Below are positions 1 to 12,825 of a stretch of DNA of 64,000 nt, one piece after another; position 1 is the stretch's first letter, and every line of letters starts with the position of its first letter. The stretch lies in the NCBI RefSeq assembly GCF_963921235.1, contig NC_086097.1:54438001-54502000 (forward strand). Direction: 5' to 3'. The position numbers and the translations under genes are program-made. Origin of the DNA: Mobula hypostoma (Eukaryota). The notes under the pieces are model-generated. The model was not told the DNA's origin, did not search any database, and saw only the letters and a list, made by a program, of their open reading frames with translations.

Positions 1-150
1 ATTTGGTTAATAGGCTTGATTTAAATAAAAAGGTCATGATAGTTTAAAATGAGAAATTATTGTGCGTTAGATTGGCCTTGGAGTAGGCTGCATGTTCGGC
101 ACAACTTTGTGGACTGAAGGGCCTGTATTGTGCTGTTATATTCTGTATTC
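1..150 (+). mobile_element. CR1-type LINE 3' tail
   Basis: ggcacaac...gtggactgaagggcctgtattgtgctgt matches the tail at 27070-27165 and resembles the ends of other CR1 copies in the window. Confidence 0.6.
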
Positions 151-904
151 TAATTATTTAAATCAGAAAAACCAATCTCTGCAATTTGTCAGAATTTAAG
201 AAACAAAAGAATTTCAAATTATTAGGAATAATTTCATCTATGCTTGTATAAATATTTACTGTACAAAATATCACAATTACGACTTGAAAATTTTGCACAT
301 GAAAATTTCTCAGTTTTCTTTTATAAATTAATTGAACTCAGCGTTCTGTTGAAGTTGGATTTTTGAATCATTTTCTCTTAAATAACTTACCAGCAATACA
401 TGCAACCCACTCAGTGCAACTAGAGCGTGAGATAATTATCAAGACTGCAAAACTTGATCTCAATATTTTAGAACCCATACACTTGTAATTTGATCCCAAC
501 TACTCTAATGTCTAGTGAAACTGCAAGAACTACTGCTTCTCTTGCAGCTAATAAGTTTTTCAATCACATTGGTTTATTTGGCAATACCCATTTATCTTCT
601 GGGGTGATGGCTGTAAATACAATTGCAGCACTTTGCATCTTCCACATTATCACTTAGTTATGATTCTGATATGTTATATTGTTGGATGTGTGGTCTCTGG
701 AATGTTGTGGTATTGATACCGCATGTACCAGTTTGTGAGAGAAAGGGGGTGGGAAGAGATTCATGGGTTGGGGGGGGTGGGGATGGAAGGAATTGCAAGT
801 CCTAATAGCATCAGTTATATTCCTTCCTTAACCAACACCATGTGCACAAATTAAGTTATCATTGTTCAGCTGGCAATTTTGCAGAATGTTTATGTGCATT
901 CATT

Positions 905-1640
905 TATGATTGTCATAATGTGATACAGTGAAACACTTCTTTGCATGTCATTCATGCAGATCTCATTTCATTAAAACAGTGCATTGAGATAGCATAGAGG
1001 GGCCGACTGGTGCTGCAATGACATTGGCGCCAAACCCGGGAGAGGAGGTTCCCGGGTTCGAAACCAGTCGGGTCCGCTCCCAAGTACACTTTCCATCCGT
1101 GCTGTGTTGAGTATTGAGATTGCAACTCGACCTCATAAAATAAAAAGAGAAAAATACTGTGAAAATGTCTGTGTGAGGAGTGACGTGCCACACAGACTCC
1201 CTCTCGCTCAGCGCCTTGTAAAGGCCATGAAAAAGACATCATCACGGACGCACACGCACAGACGCACGCGCGCGCAGGCATGTGCAGATGCACACGCACG
1301 GATTCGCACACAAGCAGGCACATGCCAAAAAGAAAAGGAGATAGCATAGGGAAAAATAATAACAGAATTCAGAATGGTGTTACAGAGAAAATGCAGGTCG
1401 ACAATAAGGTGCAAGGCAATAATGAGGTAGATTGTGAGGTCAAGTCTTATCTTGTTCTAGGGGACTGTTCAATAGTCTTGTAACATTGGGATTGAAGCTG
1501 TCCTTGAGCCTAGTAGTACGTGTTTTTAGGCTTTTGACTGTTTTACCCAAGTGAAAGGGTGGAGGGAGAAGGTGGGGTAGATGGGACCTTTGTTTATGTT
1601 GGCTGCTTTACTGGAGCAGCAAGAAGTATAGACAGTCCGT
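905..1640 (-). mobile_element. LINE 3' end/UTR fragment, interrupted by a SINE
   Basis: Homologous to 61480-61790 (gatacagtgaaa...ttgcat...cagaat..ggtgttacag...aaggtgcaagg); continues on both sides of the SINE TSD. Confidence 0.6.
998..1337 (+). mobile_element. tRNA-derived SINE with 12-bp TSD
   Basis: B box GGTTCGAAACC (1055-1065); closing stem CCGACTGG/CCAGTCGG; A-rich end; TSD GAGATAGCATAG at 986-997 and 1338-1349; related shorter copy at 50796. Confidence 0.85.
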
Positions 1641-1849
1641 ATTAGCTAGTAAATTCTTTATCCACACCATCCTATATCATGAGCATTATTTTCCACATGC
1701 CCTCTGGTAATGAAAGTACTGTGTATCCACTGGCTCTACTTTATCCACAGCCTATGTTCTTCATAGAGCTCTACTGCATTAGTCAAAAACAATTTCCTTT
1801 CACAAAGCCATGTTGACTCCAGTAAATTAATCTGAATCCCTCAATGCTA

Positions 1850-2190
1850 TAGGGGTCAGAAGATGAGCTAGTTGCTGCAGGAGACCCAGCTTCTACCCTG
1901 CTTTCTTGTCATCATGGTGTTTCTGTACAGTAAGTTTCTGGTGACTTGCCCTTGAGAAGGTGGTGGTTGGCTGCTACTTTTAACTGCTGTCCTCCTCCAA
2001 GTAAAGGTTCTGATGGGTAGGGAATTCTGGGCTTCAAACCTAATTGACAAAGGACCAACGATGTGTTACCAAGTCTTGAACAGAAATATGCAGGTGGTGC
2101 TATTCCCTTGTCTCTGCTGATCTTTTGTTGGAGGTAGAGGTTGTGGGTTTGTAAGTAGCCTTGGTGAATATCTGCAATGCATTTTGCACT
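1850..2190 (-). mobile_element. Old 3' fragment of the CR1/L2-group LINE family seen at 29860-31195
   Basis: Shares gcccttgagaaggtggtg and downstream motifs with 29920-30200. Confidence 0.55.
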
Positions 2191-2744
2191 TCATTTTAAT
2201 ATGTTGTAGCTCCTTTTTGACTGTTTTGTGAAGCTAAGGTGTTTAATATTTTAGATTAGTTGGAAAATGTGAATAACTTGAAAAGTATTTCCCAGTAACC
2301 TGGAGCTAAATGAATTTTATTACATTTTTTTCCATTCTAAGCACGCTGCAAATAAAACTTAGAAGCTGAAACAAATAATAAAATCTACTAGAAAAAAGGA
2401 CTTGATACTCTTGCCGAGCTCCTAATAGCAGAACAAGTAAAATAATAAATTATTAATCTTTCCTATTTCTAATATTAATGATAGATCATTTATTTTATTG
2501 GATTGTCCCAGCATTATTGACAAGCTTTAATTACTAATTGAGTGGTCACCATTGACCATGTTGCCAGCTATTGAGTTGGAAAAGTACATTTCACTCTCAG
2601 CAATCAGATGTACAACTTTGTGGGTAGTAGTAGGGAGTGGTAGGTAGTGGCATACAAGCTGTTTTTCAGTTTTGTCCCAAAATAAATATAGTCACTAGAC
2701 TTGTTATTGCTCTGTTTCTCTGCCTTGGGATTGAATTATCACCA

Positions 2745-2975
2745 TATTTATTTATTGGGATACAGTATGGAATAGGTGCTACTGGTCCTCTGAGCCATGT
2801 TGCCTAGCAAACCCCAGTTTAATCCTAGTCTAGTCATGGGACAGTTTACAATAACTAATTAACTTACACACTGATACGTTTTTGTACTGTGGTAAGCAGC
2901 CAGAGCACTCAGATGAAACCCTGTCACAGGGAGAACATGCAAACTCCTCACAGACAGAGGCAGGAATATGCAGCC
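2745..2975 (-). mobile_element. V-SINE (HE1-like) copy
   Basis: V-domain-like gaaaccc...tcacagggagaacatgcaaactcctcacagacag; homologous copies at 15575 and 28320. Confidence 0.7.
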
Positions 2976-3764
2976 AATGGGTCAGGAGGAACTTACAATT
3001 AATGTCATTCATGTTTCAATGTCAAATAGCTCAATTTTTAAAATTACTATTATCATTACTCCTCTGTAATCATCCTTGCCTGCTTACTGTATCTTGGTGG
3101 GTGTTAGAATTCCAATTTCTTATAACAAGTAAAACCTATGTTGCCCAAGCAGCAAAACATTTATCCCTCACTCTTCAGTACGAAAATAGATTACTGGTCA
3201 TTATCTCATTGTTTTTAATGGAATTTCCATGCAATTAGCTGAATCATTGCTGTGCATTATAATGATGTGGTATAATGATGCAGATTGTCCAGAAAGTATC
3301 GCTAATTTTTAAGTGCCAAGAATTCCATGATTAATTTTCCCTTAAACTTTTGGGTTTTCAGCGATTTATAGAATTCCTAAAGGTACCCTAAAAATTCAGA
3401 TGACACAACCTCACCACCAATTGAATCTGGTTAAATTACTGGACTAGTAATCCAGAGGCCTGGGTTTAAAAACTAGATATCTAACTTCAAATTCTACCTT
3501 GGCACCTGGGTAATTTAGTCAAAAGTTGAGTTTATTATATAATTAATTACAATATTTGCACTATTTATGTCATTTATAGATTTCATGTCATATGTTAGTG
3601 ATAATGAATCTGCTTTCCATGTGCATAGATGTAATGAAAACCTGGCAGTAGCATCAGGGGCATATAGCATCATATAAACAGCATTCACAAGCAAAGAATA
3701 AGCATAAGTTTTTACTAGAAAGGGCAATTTTTTTTCAATAAAAACAGTGCAAAGTGGTCATAGG

Positions 3765-5715
3765 ATCGCTCAAATCGATCCACTGATGATGCAATAGCTT
3801 CTGCCCTCCACTTTGTCATGTTCCACCTGGAAAATTGGGTCTCGTGCCAGACTGCTTTTATAGACTTCAGTTCAGCGTTCAAAACCATCATACCCCAGAA
3901 ACTGGTGGGGAAACTGCCTTCACCTGTCCTCAACACCTCACTCTGCAATTGGATACTGGAGTTCTTAACTGTAAGGCCACAGACAGTCTATGTGGGTAGC
4001 AACGCCTGTAGTCCCATTACACTAAGCATTGGTGCTCCTCCCCCCCCCCCAGCTGTGTGCTCAGCATGCTGCCGTTCACACTGCTGACGTATAACTGTAT
4101 CGCAAGATCCAGCTCCACCGTGTCATCAGGTTTGTGGATGACACAATAGTGGTTGAACTTATCAAAAAAGATGACAAGATGGGTATAGAGAGGAAGTGGA
4201 GCGGCTGGTAGATTGGTGTGAGAAGAATAGTCTAAGCCTGAACTTGGAGAAGACAAATGAAATCATTGTAATCTTCAGGAAGGTTCAGACAACCCATCCC
4301 CCTCAGCGAATATGTGGCTCCTCCATAGTGAGAGTTAAGTGCACCAAGTTCCCAGGGAGTTACATCATGGATGACCTCACCTGGTCCCTCAATATCACCT
4401 CCCTGATCAAGAAGGCATAGCAGTACCTCCACCTCTTTCTCCCCCCCACCCCTTCCATCTTAACTGCATTTTACAGGAGCACCATTAAGAGCATCCTGAC
4501 AAGTTGCATCTCCATCTGGTATGGGAGCAGTGGAGTATTGGTCTAGAAGTCTTTACAAAGGACTGTGAGAACAGCTGAGAGGATCATAGAGGTCTCCCTA
4601 CCATCCATACGGGACATTTATCAGGAGTGCTGTGTACGCAGGGCTATTAGTATTATAAAAGATCCCACCCATTCATCCAGCATCCTCTTTGACTTCCTAC
4701 CATCAGGCAGGGAACTATGATGCATTAAACCAACAACTGTGTGATTCATCTGTAGATTTTATCCTTGCCTTCATAGGTTATCATGTGTTATGTGTACTAC
4801 TGTGCTTTACACCCTGGTTCGAAGAAACACCTTCTTTCTATATACATTATATTGTTACGTACCCCGTAACTGGGTTGCCAAACCAGCAAAAATGGAACAC
4901 TCGGAGTCTGGATTACTAGGAACTAATAAAGTTTTATTAAAGAAACAAATAATACAGTACTCTAATCGTAAGGATATAAATGTAACAGGTTAGCAATGAT
5001 AATGCACACCTATACACAGAACTAGGGTAATAGGAATCAACCCAGCTCTATCGCAGTCTAGGGGTAAAACGATCAGTCTTACAGTGATGCAGAGTTCATT
5101 TCAGCTTAGTGCAGTTCGCAGTAATCGCTGTTGTACCGTTGGGGGGGGGGGATGCAATTTGGTTTAGGCAGACCTTTGATATCTTCGCAGTTGGTTTCAG
5201 GCAGACCCTTTTTGATGTCTTCTATCCCGCTGTGGTCACCGACTGTGACCCCTCCATTCCGGATACGATCATTCTTCCCGATGAACCCGGCACCCAGGCA
5301 AGGGCGGACACACACACCAAGTTCCCACCGATCGTACCTTTACACCCTGTGAGCCTATGGTCGGTTCCCGCGAACCGGACCTCCAAACTCTCACCACTTG
5401 TGGGGACACACTGCTCTTTCCAGGGTCTCATGGTCTCGTGGTGTCCCGTGCCTTAGCGAACCTGCTCTTTTTTATCCCCCTGCTGGGGTATCACCTGTCC
5501 ATCAAACTTCAAACAGTTCAGGTTCAAAGCAGCCGGTCTGTCAATATTCTGAATTGTGTTTCTTTTCCGTTAATCCCTCTCTCCTCTCTTATTAGCATTT
5601 TGAATGTTTCTCCATTGTCTCTCTTATCTCTCTCATTAGCATCAATTGTCCGATAGCTTGGTTTGGCATCACAATATGATTATAGTTCAATGACAATAAA
5701 CTTGACTTCAATTGA
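3765..5715 (+). mobile_element. Rex1/Babar-type LINE, 3' half (RT), with a solo LTR in its tail
   Basis: [12 protein letters not shown]...[51 protein letters not shown]; tail aataaacttgactt resumes after the LTR. Confidence 0.85.
4853..5673 (-). mobile_element. Solo LTR (821 bp), probably Gypsy-type
   Basis: Ends TGTTAC...ATCACA (TG...CA) with a 4-bp TSD ATAT (4849-4852 and 5674-5677). Removing it rejoins a Rex-type LINE 3' tail. A TATA-like GATAAAAAAG (~5470) and AATAAA (~4935) on the minus strand give the orientation. Confidence 0.85.
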
Positions 5716-5739
5716 TACTGAAGTAGTGATTAAGATTAT

Positions 5740-6330
5740 ACAGGTTTATTCAAGAACCCAATGGTTGAAGAGAGGCGGCTGTAATCGAACCAGGTGATAT
5801 GTACCTTCTGCGTGATAATAGCTTTGAGAAGGTGGCATGGCCCTGAATAGTGGGAATCTTTGATTATAGATGCTGCCTTCTTGAGGCAGTGCCTCATGGA
5901 GAAACTACAATTGGTGGGGAAGGATGTCCTTGATGTATTGGGCTGAGTCCACTACTGTGCAGCTTCTGTATATTCTACTTCTGTACCACATGTGATGCAA
6001 CTAATCAAGATGCTTTCAACAGTATATTAGTAGAAGTTTTATAGGGTGTTCAGTGATATGCTGAGCCTTAGCCTTTGAAGGAAGCAATGACACTAGTCCA
6101 TCTTTCTTATGATTACATCTGTGGGCTGAGCCCAAGACATGCCATCCAGTAAATAAGTGTCAATGAATTCAAAGCTGCTGACCTCTTCCACTGCAAATTC
6201 CCCTATGTAAACGGGCAAATAATTACCCTCATTTCCCTTCCTGAAGTTAACAATCTGTTCTTTTGTTTTTACTGATGTTGAGTCAGAGGATGTTGTGTGA
6301 TTCCACCAACATGTATCCTATCTTGCTTCT
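5740..6330 (-). mobile_element. Degenerate Rex1/Babar-type LINE 3' fragment
   Basis: Reverse-complement similarity to other Rex 3' regions (gatgctgccttcttgaggcag...). Confidence 0.6.
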
Positions 6331-8114
6331 GTATTGGAACAGTGTGGAAGTTAGAAAAAAAAATGGCAGCTGATCTTCGTAATCAGGGCCACAAGAATTA
6401 CCTATTGGAGTAATGTCCTGCAGAGTAGGAAATATGTAATCTTTACCTATACTCACCTTTATGTGACATGGGCCCCAGGCCAAATTCAAACACATCAGAA
6501 CCGATCCCAGCATAATCACCTTTACAAAACCTTTCTCAAGAATTTGGGGCCTAGTGTTAAAATTGGGAGAGCTATCCCACAGACTTGTCATATCATGCTG
6601 TTGCTTGGCAAGTCCTATGTTGCAGGATAGAATCGCAAAAGGTGGAAGCGAATAGCCCTTGAAGTCTTCAGCATTGACTGCAAACCCTGTGAAGTATCAG
6701 GTGAAATGTAGGCAAGGTAACTACTTCTGCTCCTACCTCATCTGATCAATCAGTCATTTTGCAAAGCTGATTGCAAGGGCACAAAATGTATTTTGGGTGG
6801 AGAACTTCAGTTTTCATTATCATGAATGGTTTGATTGCATCCCTACTGACCACATTTGGCAGATTCCTAATGGATATTTGCTAAAATAGTAGGTGAACCA
6901 ACAAGAAGGATGGAAGTATTTGATATTTTCATCATTCCACCTGATTCTGTTCATGATAGAATTTGTTTAAGTGATGACTACATTGTCATTTTGGTTCTTC
7001 ACTTGAAGAACACCCTCAATTGTGTGTGGCATGACGCTTGGTTATTGGTGGGTTAACCTTTTTGGTATTTATCACTGGGTAGTATAGATGCACAGCAATA
7101 ATTGCTATTGGTATATGGTTTCAGTTATTCAGATTATGACCGAAACCCCAATTTTGTAGAGAATTTGCATATTCTTCCCACTTCCTGCAGTGGGCTCCAA
7201 CAATTGATTATTTATCTCCACATGTTCTTTGCTGAGCTCAAAGGTTACAGATGGGTGATGTGCATTTCTACTGCTGTTTACCAACTTCTCTGATATACCC
7301 ATTTTTGCTTGTTCAATTGTCTTGCTTTTGTCATGAGGTCAGAAGTGAAGTTATTTGCTGCTTATTACACAATATTTAATTTTATTCGTAACTCTGGAAG
7401 TGAAGCAGTCTGCAAAAGACTGAGGCAACATTCATTGATCGGTAAGTAGAAGACAAGACTCTTGCCATGTGAATACCATCTCCAAAAAGAAAGGCTAACC
7501 ACCTTATCATTCAATGACACTCCTATTGTTAAGTCTTCCTCCATTAACATTCAGAGTTTCCATTGAAAAGAGACTCATCTAGTCCAGCTAGTTAAATGCC
7601 TTGGTTTACAAGAGCAAGTGAGATCTGGGTACCTTGTAGCGAATGACTTGACTCCAATTACCAAAAACCCTTTTCACCATCTGTGTTACCCAAACAAGGA
7701 GTGGAATGAAATGTTTTGCATTTGCTTGTGCACAGCTGCAGAAACTTCAAGAACATACAGATGCAATTCAGGAAAAAGTATTCTACCTGATTCATACCAC
7801 ATCAACCACTCTGAACATTCATTCCTTCCTCCTCAGATGCCCATTGAATGCGAAGTGTACCATTTGCAAAATGCACTGCAGTGACTTATCCTTGCTACTC
7901 AGACAGCACCTCCTGTGTGGGTGCCATGGTACCGTAGCAGTTACTGCAAAGCTGTTACAGCTCTGGGAGTCCTGGAGTTCAATTCTGACACTATTCTGTA
8001 AGGAGTTTCTGTACGTCTGGGGTTGCTGTGAGAGTATGGCACAAAGGACCGGAAGGGCCTACTCTGTGCTGTATCATTAAGTAAGTTAAAAATACTGCAA
8101 ATGGAAGTAGTTAA

Positions 8115-8425
8115 CCAGAGGGAATAACTGCTCAACTTCACTTGCCCTATCATTGAAATGCTCCCACAATTCACTTTCACAGACTCTTCATCTCATGTTC
8201 TTGATATTTATTGCTTATTTATGTATTATTATTATTTCTTTTTGTATTTGCACAGTTTTTTGGCTTTTGCACACTGGATGGAAGCCTAAGATGCTGCGAT
8301 CTTTCATTGATCCTACTATGGTTATTATATTATGGATTTCTTGAGTATGCCAGTAAGAAAATGAATCTCGGAGTTGTATATGGTAACATATATGTATTTT
8401 GATAATGAATTTACTTTGAACTTTA
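8115..8425 (+). mobile_element. Rex-type LINE 3' UTR/tail
   Basis: aaaatgaatctc...gttgtatatggt...gataatgaatttactttgaacttt; same tail at 21460, 25405, 34850-35135, 46710 and 47510. Confidence 0.75.
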
Positions 8426-8589
8426 AGTTTGCATTCTCAACTGCCAAGAATGGCAAGGTCTCCACTCTAGCTGCACGTGGGAGAATACAAAGATTCATTG
8501 GGATGTCATCTGGATTGTAGGACTTTCATCATGAGGAAAGTTTGAATCAGCTAGGCGTATTTTCCCTGGAGTGAAGAAGACTGAGGGGT

Positions 8590-11500
8590 GATGGGTTGCA
8601 TCTGAACCCGAGGGCACCAATATTCTCGAGGGCAGGTTTGTTAGAGCTTTGGGAGGGTTTAAACTAATTTGGCAGGGGGTTGGGAATTGGAGTGAAAGGA
8701 CTCAGGATTGGACAGGTAGCAAAAAAGTAAAGATAGTGTCAGTCAGACTGTCAGGAAAGGCAGGCAGGTGATGGGACTTAGTTGTAGCCAACAGGCTGAG
8801 TATCAAAACATTAGGGATGCAGAATCAGAAAGGATAGCAAATATGGTACTCAAGGTGTTGTATCTAAATGCACGTGGTATAAAAGATAGGGTTGGATGAT
8901 CTTGTTGCCCTATTGCAGATTGCCAGGTATGATATTGTGGCCATCACTAAATCGTGAATGAAGGATAGCTGTAGTTGGGAGCTGAATATCCAAGATCACA
9001 CGTTATATCGGAGGGATAGGAACGTAGGCAGAGGGGGTGGTGTGGCCCTACTGGTAAAGAATGGCATCAAATCAGTAGAAAGATGTGACATAGGATCGGA
9101 AGATGTTGAACCTTTGTAGGTTGAGTGAAAAAATTGCAAGGGTAAAAGGACGTTGATGGCAGTTACATACAGTCCTACCAACAGTGGCTGGAAGGTGGAC
9201 CTCAGATTACAACAGGAAATAGAAAAGACGAGTCAAAAGGACAATGTTATGATAGTCATGGGAGTTTTTAACATGCAAGTCGATTGGGGAAAATCAGGTT
9301 GGTAATCAAGAGAGTTAGTTTGTTGAATGCAGATGGCTTTTTAGAGCAGTTGTGTCGTTGAGCCTACTAGGGGATCAGAAATACTGGTTTGGATGTTGGG
9401 TAATGAACCAGAGGCGATAAGGGAGCTAAAGGTAAAAGAACCCTTAGGAACCAGTGATCACAATATGATTGAGTTCAATTTGAAATTTGATAGGGAGAAA
9501 GTAAAATTTGATGTAGCAGTATTTCAGTGGAGTAAGGGAAATTACAGTGGTATGAGAGAGGAGTTGGCCAAAGTAAATTGGAAGGAGCTGCTGGCAGGGA
9601 TGGCAGCAGAGCAGCAAAGGTGTGCGTTTCTGGGAAAAATGAGGAAGGTGCAGGACATGTGTATTCCAAAGATTAAGAAATACTCAAATGGTAAAATAGT
9701 ACAACATGACTGACAAGGGAAGTCAAAGTTATTGTAAAAGCAAAAGAAAAGGCATACAACAAAGCAAAAATTAGTGGGTAGATAGAGGATTGGGAAGTTT
9801 TTAAGTACCTACAGAGAGCAACTAAAAAAAATTAGAAGGGAAAAATGAAATATGAAAGCAAGCCAGCAAATAATATCAAAATGGATAGTAAAAGTTTTTT
9901 CAAGTATGTTAAAATTAAAGAGAAATGAGAATGGATATAGGACGCTAGAAAATGAGACAGCAGAAATAATAACAGAGACAAGGAGATGGCATTAGAAATT
10001 ATCTTTCAAAAATCATTGGACTCTGGGATGGCGCCAGAGGATTGGAAAATTGCAAATGTCACTCCACTCTTTAAGAAAGAGGCATGCCCCTTTCTCGCTG
10101 TTACCATCAGGTAGGAGATGCAGAAGCCTGAAAGCACACACTCAGTGATTCAGGAACAGCTTCTTCCCCTCTGCCATCCGGTTCCTAAATGGATATTGAA
10201 GCTTTGGACACTACCTCACATTTTGAAAATATACAGTATTTCTGTTTTTGCACATTTTTAAAATCTATTCAATACATGTAATTTATCTATTATTATGTTT
10301 TATTATTATTTTCTCTCTGCTAGATTATGTGTTGCATTGAACTGCTGCTGCTAAGTTAACAAATTTCACGTCACGTGTCAATGATAATAAACCTGATTCT
10401 GATTCTGAAAAAAAAGAAAGGAGAAAAGCAGAAGAAAGGAAGTTATAGAACAGTTAGCCTGACCTCAGTGGCTGGGAAGATGTTAGTCAATTGTTAAGGA
10501 TGAGGTGATGGAGTACTTGGTGACACAGGACAGGGTAGTACAAAGTCAGCATGGTTTCCTTCAGGGAGAATCCTGCCTGACAAACCTGTTGGAATTCTCT
10601 GAGGAGGTTACCAGTAGGATAGATAAAGGGAATGCAGTGGATGTTGTATATTTTGACAAGGTGCCACACATGAGTCCGCTTACCAAGTTAAGAGCCCATG
10701 GTATTACAGGAAAGTTACTAACACGGTTAGAGCATTGGCTGATTGGTAGGAGGCAGCAAGTGGAACGATCTTTTTCTTAATGGCTGTCAGTGACTAGTGG
10801 TGTTCTGCAGGGCTTGGTGTTGGGACCACTTCTTTTTATGCTGTATATAAATAATTTTTAGATGGAATAGGTGGTTTTGTTGCCAAGTTTGCAGATGATA
10901 CGAAGATTGGTGGAGGGGCACGTAGTGTTGAGGAAACGGATAAGATGTAGAAGGACTTAGACAGATTAGAAGAATGGGTAAGAAAGTGGCAAATGAAATA
11001 CAATGTTGGAAAATGCATGGTCATACAATTTGGTAGTAGAAATACATATGCAGACTATTTTCTAAACGGGAAGAAAATCCAGGAATCTGAGATGCAGAGG
11101 GACTTGGGAGTCCTTGTGCAGAACACCCTAAAGGTTAATTTGCAGGCTGAGTCAGTGGTGAGGAGAGCAAATGCCAGATTAGCTTTCATTTCAAGAGGTC
11201 TAGAATACAGGAGCAAGGGTATGATGCTGAGGCTTTATAAGGCACTCGTGAGGCCTCACCATTATTGTAAACAGTTTTGGGCCCCTCATCTTAGAAAAGA
11301 TGTGCTGGCATTGGAGGGTCCAGAGGAGGTTCGCAAGGATGATTCCAGGAATGAAAGTGTTATCATGAGAAACATTTGATGGCTCTGAGTCTGTACTTGC
11401 TGGAATTCAGAAGGATGAGGGAGGATTTCATTGAAATCTTTGAATATTGAAAGGCCTAGACAGAATAGATGTGGAAAGGATGTTTGGCATGGTGGGAGAG

Positions 11501-11805
11501 TCTAGGATGAGGGCATTGCCTCAGGATAGAGGGGCGCCCTTTCAAAACAGATGCAGAGATTTTTTTTTAGCCAATGCGTGGTGAATTTTGTGGAATTTGT
11601 TGCCACATGCAGCTGTGGAGGCCAGGTTGTTGGGTGTATTTAAGGCAGAGATTGATAGTTTCTTGATTGGACATGGCATCAAAGGTTACAGAGAGAAGGC
11701 TGGGATCTGGGTTTGAGGAGGAGAAAAAAAAGAGCAGCCATGACTGAATGGCGGAGCAGACTCTATGGGCCGAATGGCCTAGTTCTGCCCCTCTGTCTTA
11801 TGGTG
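8590..11805 (+). mobile_element. CR1 LINE (end of ORF1, then ORF2 APE-RT), degenerate with an internal deletion
   Basis: DGLHLNPRGTNIL (end of SGNH ORF1), EPLGTSDHNMIEF (APE), SQHGF..SCLTNLLEF, KFADDTKIGG, MLRLYKALVRPH; tail ctctgtcttatggt. Confidence 0.92.
10080..10413 (+). mobile_element. 5'-truncated Rex-type LINE nested in CR1
   Basis: Ends aataaacctgattctgattctga plus an A run; TSD AAGAAAG at 10073-10079 and 10414-10420; CR1 PLFKKG continues across it. Confidence 0.8.
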
Positions 11806-12164
11806 ACTTGATTGTGGTACATGAGGTGTACATTGTCAGAATTCCCCCCCCCCACCCCATGTTAGGTGTATCAAAAACAGGGCTTAAAGGAAAAGGAAGG
11901 GGAAATTGAGGGTAATTTTTAAAAAATATACAACGTGACTGATATCTCGAACCAGTGGACTGTCAGAATCAGATAAATTCACTACATTTAAGAGACATTC
12001 AGAGAGATAACAATAGGCAGGGTATATAGAACGATGCAGATCTAAACATAGGAAATCAGTTATGTGTCAGTGGACAAAAAGGTTGCTGTTAATATGGTGA
12101 TCAATGGCAGTAGGTGCATAGGAACATCCATTCTGCTACTGCACCCCCTCCCACCTGTTGTCTA

Positions 12165-12322
12165 AGTTGCAGATCATCCTAAACTGGAAATGTATCACCA
12201 TTGTTCCATTGTTGCTGGCTGTCATTTCTGGAATTTCCTCCCTAGCAATGGTTCAGGAATGCACCAAGGAATGGGCAATAAGTGCTGCATTTGTCTAGAT
12301 CCAAATAGTAAATAAGAAAAAA
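12165..12322 (+). mobile_element. LINE 3' tail relic (family of 29860-31195)
   Basis: catcctaaactggaaatgtatc...atgggcaataagtgctg plus an A-rich end mirrors the reverse complement of 29860-30075. Confidence 0.5.
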
Positions 12323-12825
12323 CAATATTTGAAATATTGTTTCATTTCCTGCAAAGTACTTTGAGATATCTTCAGGTCATAAGTTTATATGAATACATCG
12401 AATTAACTGAATTCAACAGTTAAACTAGTCTTCCTTTCTGATTTGTGTGAGAGCTGGTTGATTCTGATGTAAAAGCATGGCACACTGGGGATGCTCAGCA
12501 GGTTTTTGGGATTGGAACATCATTAGCATTTCATAATTGGTGTATTCATAGATCTGAAGGGACACACTCCCCACACGCCACACAGTTGGTTAATTGGGAC
12601 ACCTCGACCAGTTTATTTTGGCCCAGTTAAGCACCTATCCCAATTAGCTGCTGCTTCATGGGAATAGTTAAAAAGCTGAAAAAAAGATAAACTGCCTTTT
12701 AATTGTAACAATTTATGTATTTAAATTAAATGCAGAACAAATTAGAACACTGCTAATACTACTACATTACTATAAAAATGTTAGTTCCTAATAATTATCA
12801 ACGGGAAAATTCATTCAGTGTACGC

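Noticed and set aside
1000..1075. Possible tRNA gene
   Set aside because: Has a B box but no proper cloverleaf; continues into a SINE body, has a TSD and a related copy at 50796.
5106..5656. Cluster of ORFs of 65-115 aa
   Set aside because: All lie inside the solo LTR and show no protein motifs.
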